A DNA stretch of 62,980 nt, filler included, from Octopus bimaculoides (taxonomy: Eukaryota), in NCBI RefSeq assembly GCF_001194135.2. It is 3 parts of 2 records of this genome, joined end to end, with 100 filler letters (N's around TTAATTAATTAA, not from the genome) between each part and the next. Parts side by side here need not be neighbours in the genome. Positions count along the whole stretch, not along the records: positions 31,763 to 62,980 come from NC_068994.1; 2 more parts are not named here. The stretch is one strand, 5' to 3'. Under the pieces are notes generated by a model. The model searched no databases. It was not told where the DNA came from and was given only the letters and a program-made list of their open reading frames with translations. The translations under genes were made by a program, and so were the position numbers. The stretch's first letter is position 1. Each line of letters begins with the position of its first letter. This document shows positions 62,256 through 62,980 of the stretch, one piece after another.

Positions 62256-62980
62256 CATATTTATCTTCCCTTGAATTTTTATTTACTTGTTCAAACACCC
62301 GAAAGTGAAAGATTACCTTAATAATTAATAAGTTATTTGATTGTTTTTGCCTTTTACAGTTGATAATTGTAAACTGGAACTAATCTCTACCTGAAATAGT
62401 ATCAAAATTCCCTCAGTTCAACATTGCGTGTTAATTTGGGAGATTTCGGAAAGGACTTGGTGTGTAAGATATTTGAAAATACACGTAAAAGAGAATGGAT
62501 GGTTACTTTTGGAAGAGTGTTTCAAAATTAATCTTCTTTCATTAATAAATGTTAACTCTTTAATTCCATTTAATATCTTGCTTTAATAACGAATCCCATC
62601 GTGTCCAAGTTTGTCGATTTTTAATAATTTGTAGTCTAAAATAAAACCCATGCGAGTGGCAAGGGCGTTTCTGGTTACGGAAGTTCCGAATCTGTAAAGA
62701 AATTGGCATTTCAAAATTTCAATTTCTTCATTTCTCACTTTTTTCAGAATTTTTTTTTTTTTTTTTTGTCGAAATACGTGGAAAGGTACTTATTGGTTAT
62801 CTCACCCTCATTAAAAAATTGGGTTATCTCCCCCGTTTTACGAGAGCTAACGGTGCTTTTGCTCATTTCCCTCAACTAAAAAAATTGTTTAACCCTCAAT
62901 AAAAAAAAAAAGAAAAATTAATAGACATGAAAACTGAAAAAATTAAACACCTTAACATTTTTATAACAAATCACACCATG

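Overview
Eukaryotic, AT-rich, gap-ridden, microsatellite-laden DNA in which I can support no intact host gene. The tRNA-derived SINE families and repeat landscape look like an octopus (coleoid cephalopod) short-read assembly; this is inferred by recognition, not by database search. The window is a layered transposon graveyard. It holds three tRNA-SINE families (my labels A, B, C) and decayed RTE, Tx1/L1 and CR1/L2 LINEs. It also holds a Neptune-type Penelope element, a non-autonomous Gypsy-like LTR element, a mariner, an Academ-like remnant, a Helitron, and piggyBac-, pogo- and Merlin-type MITEs. The most interesting signal is a set of GG...CC-terminated Merlin-type elements carrying telomere-like (TTAGGG/TTTTAGGG) arrays. 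The copy at 16.8 kb is a head-to-head palindrome with a 7-bp flanking repeat. The copy at 42.3 kb is single-ended with a central hairpin. The copy at 60.3 kb has a perfect 8-bp TSD and a gap in its centre. A Merlin transposase remnant lies at 62.0 kb, and a Tx1-clade LINE starts right at the (CCCTAA)n of the 42.3 kb copy. At 57.6-61.4 kb a foldback element has a Helitron in one arm and a telomeric Merlin in the other, so each arm preserves the empty site of the other's insertion. SINE copies also show a strong regional difference in CpG decay. All percent identities are by-eye estimates.
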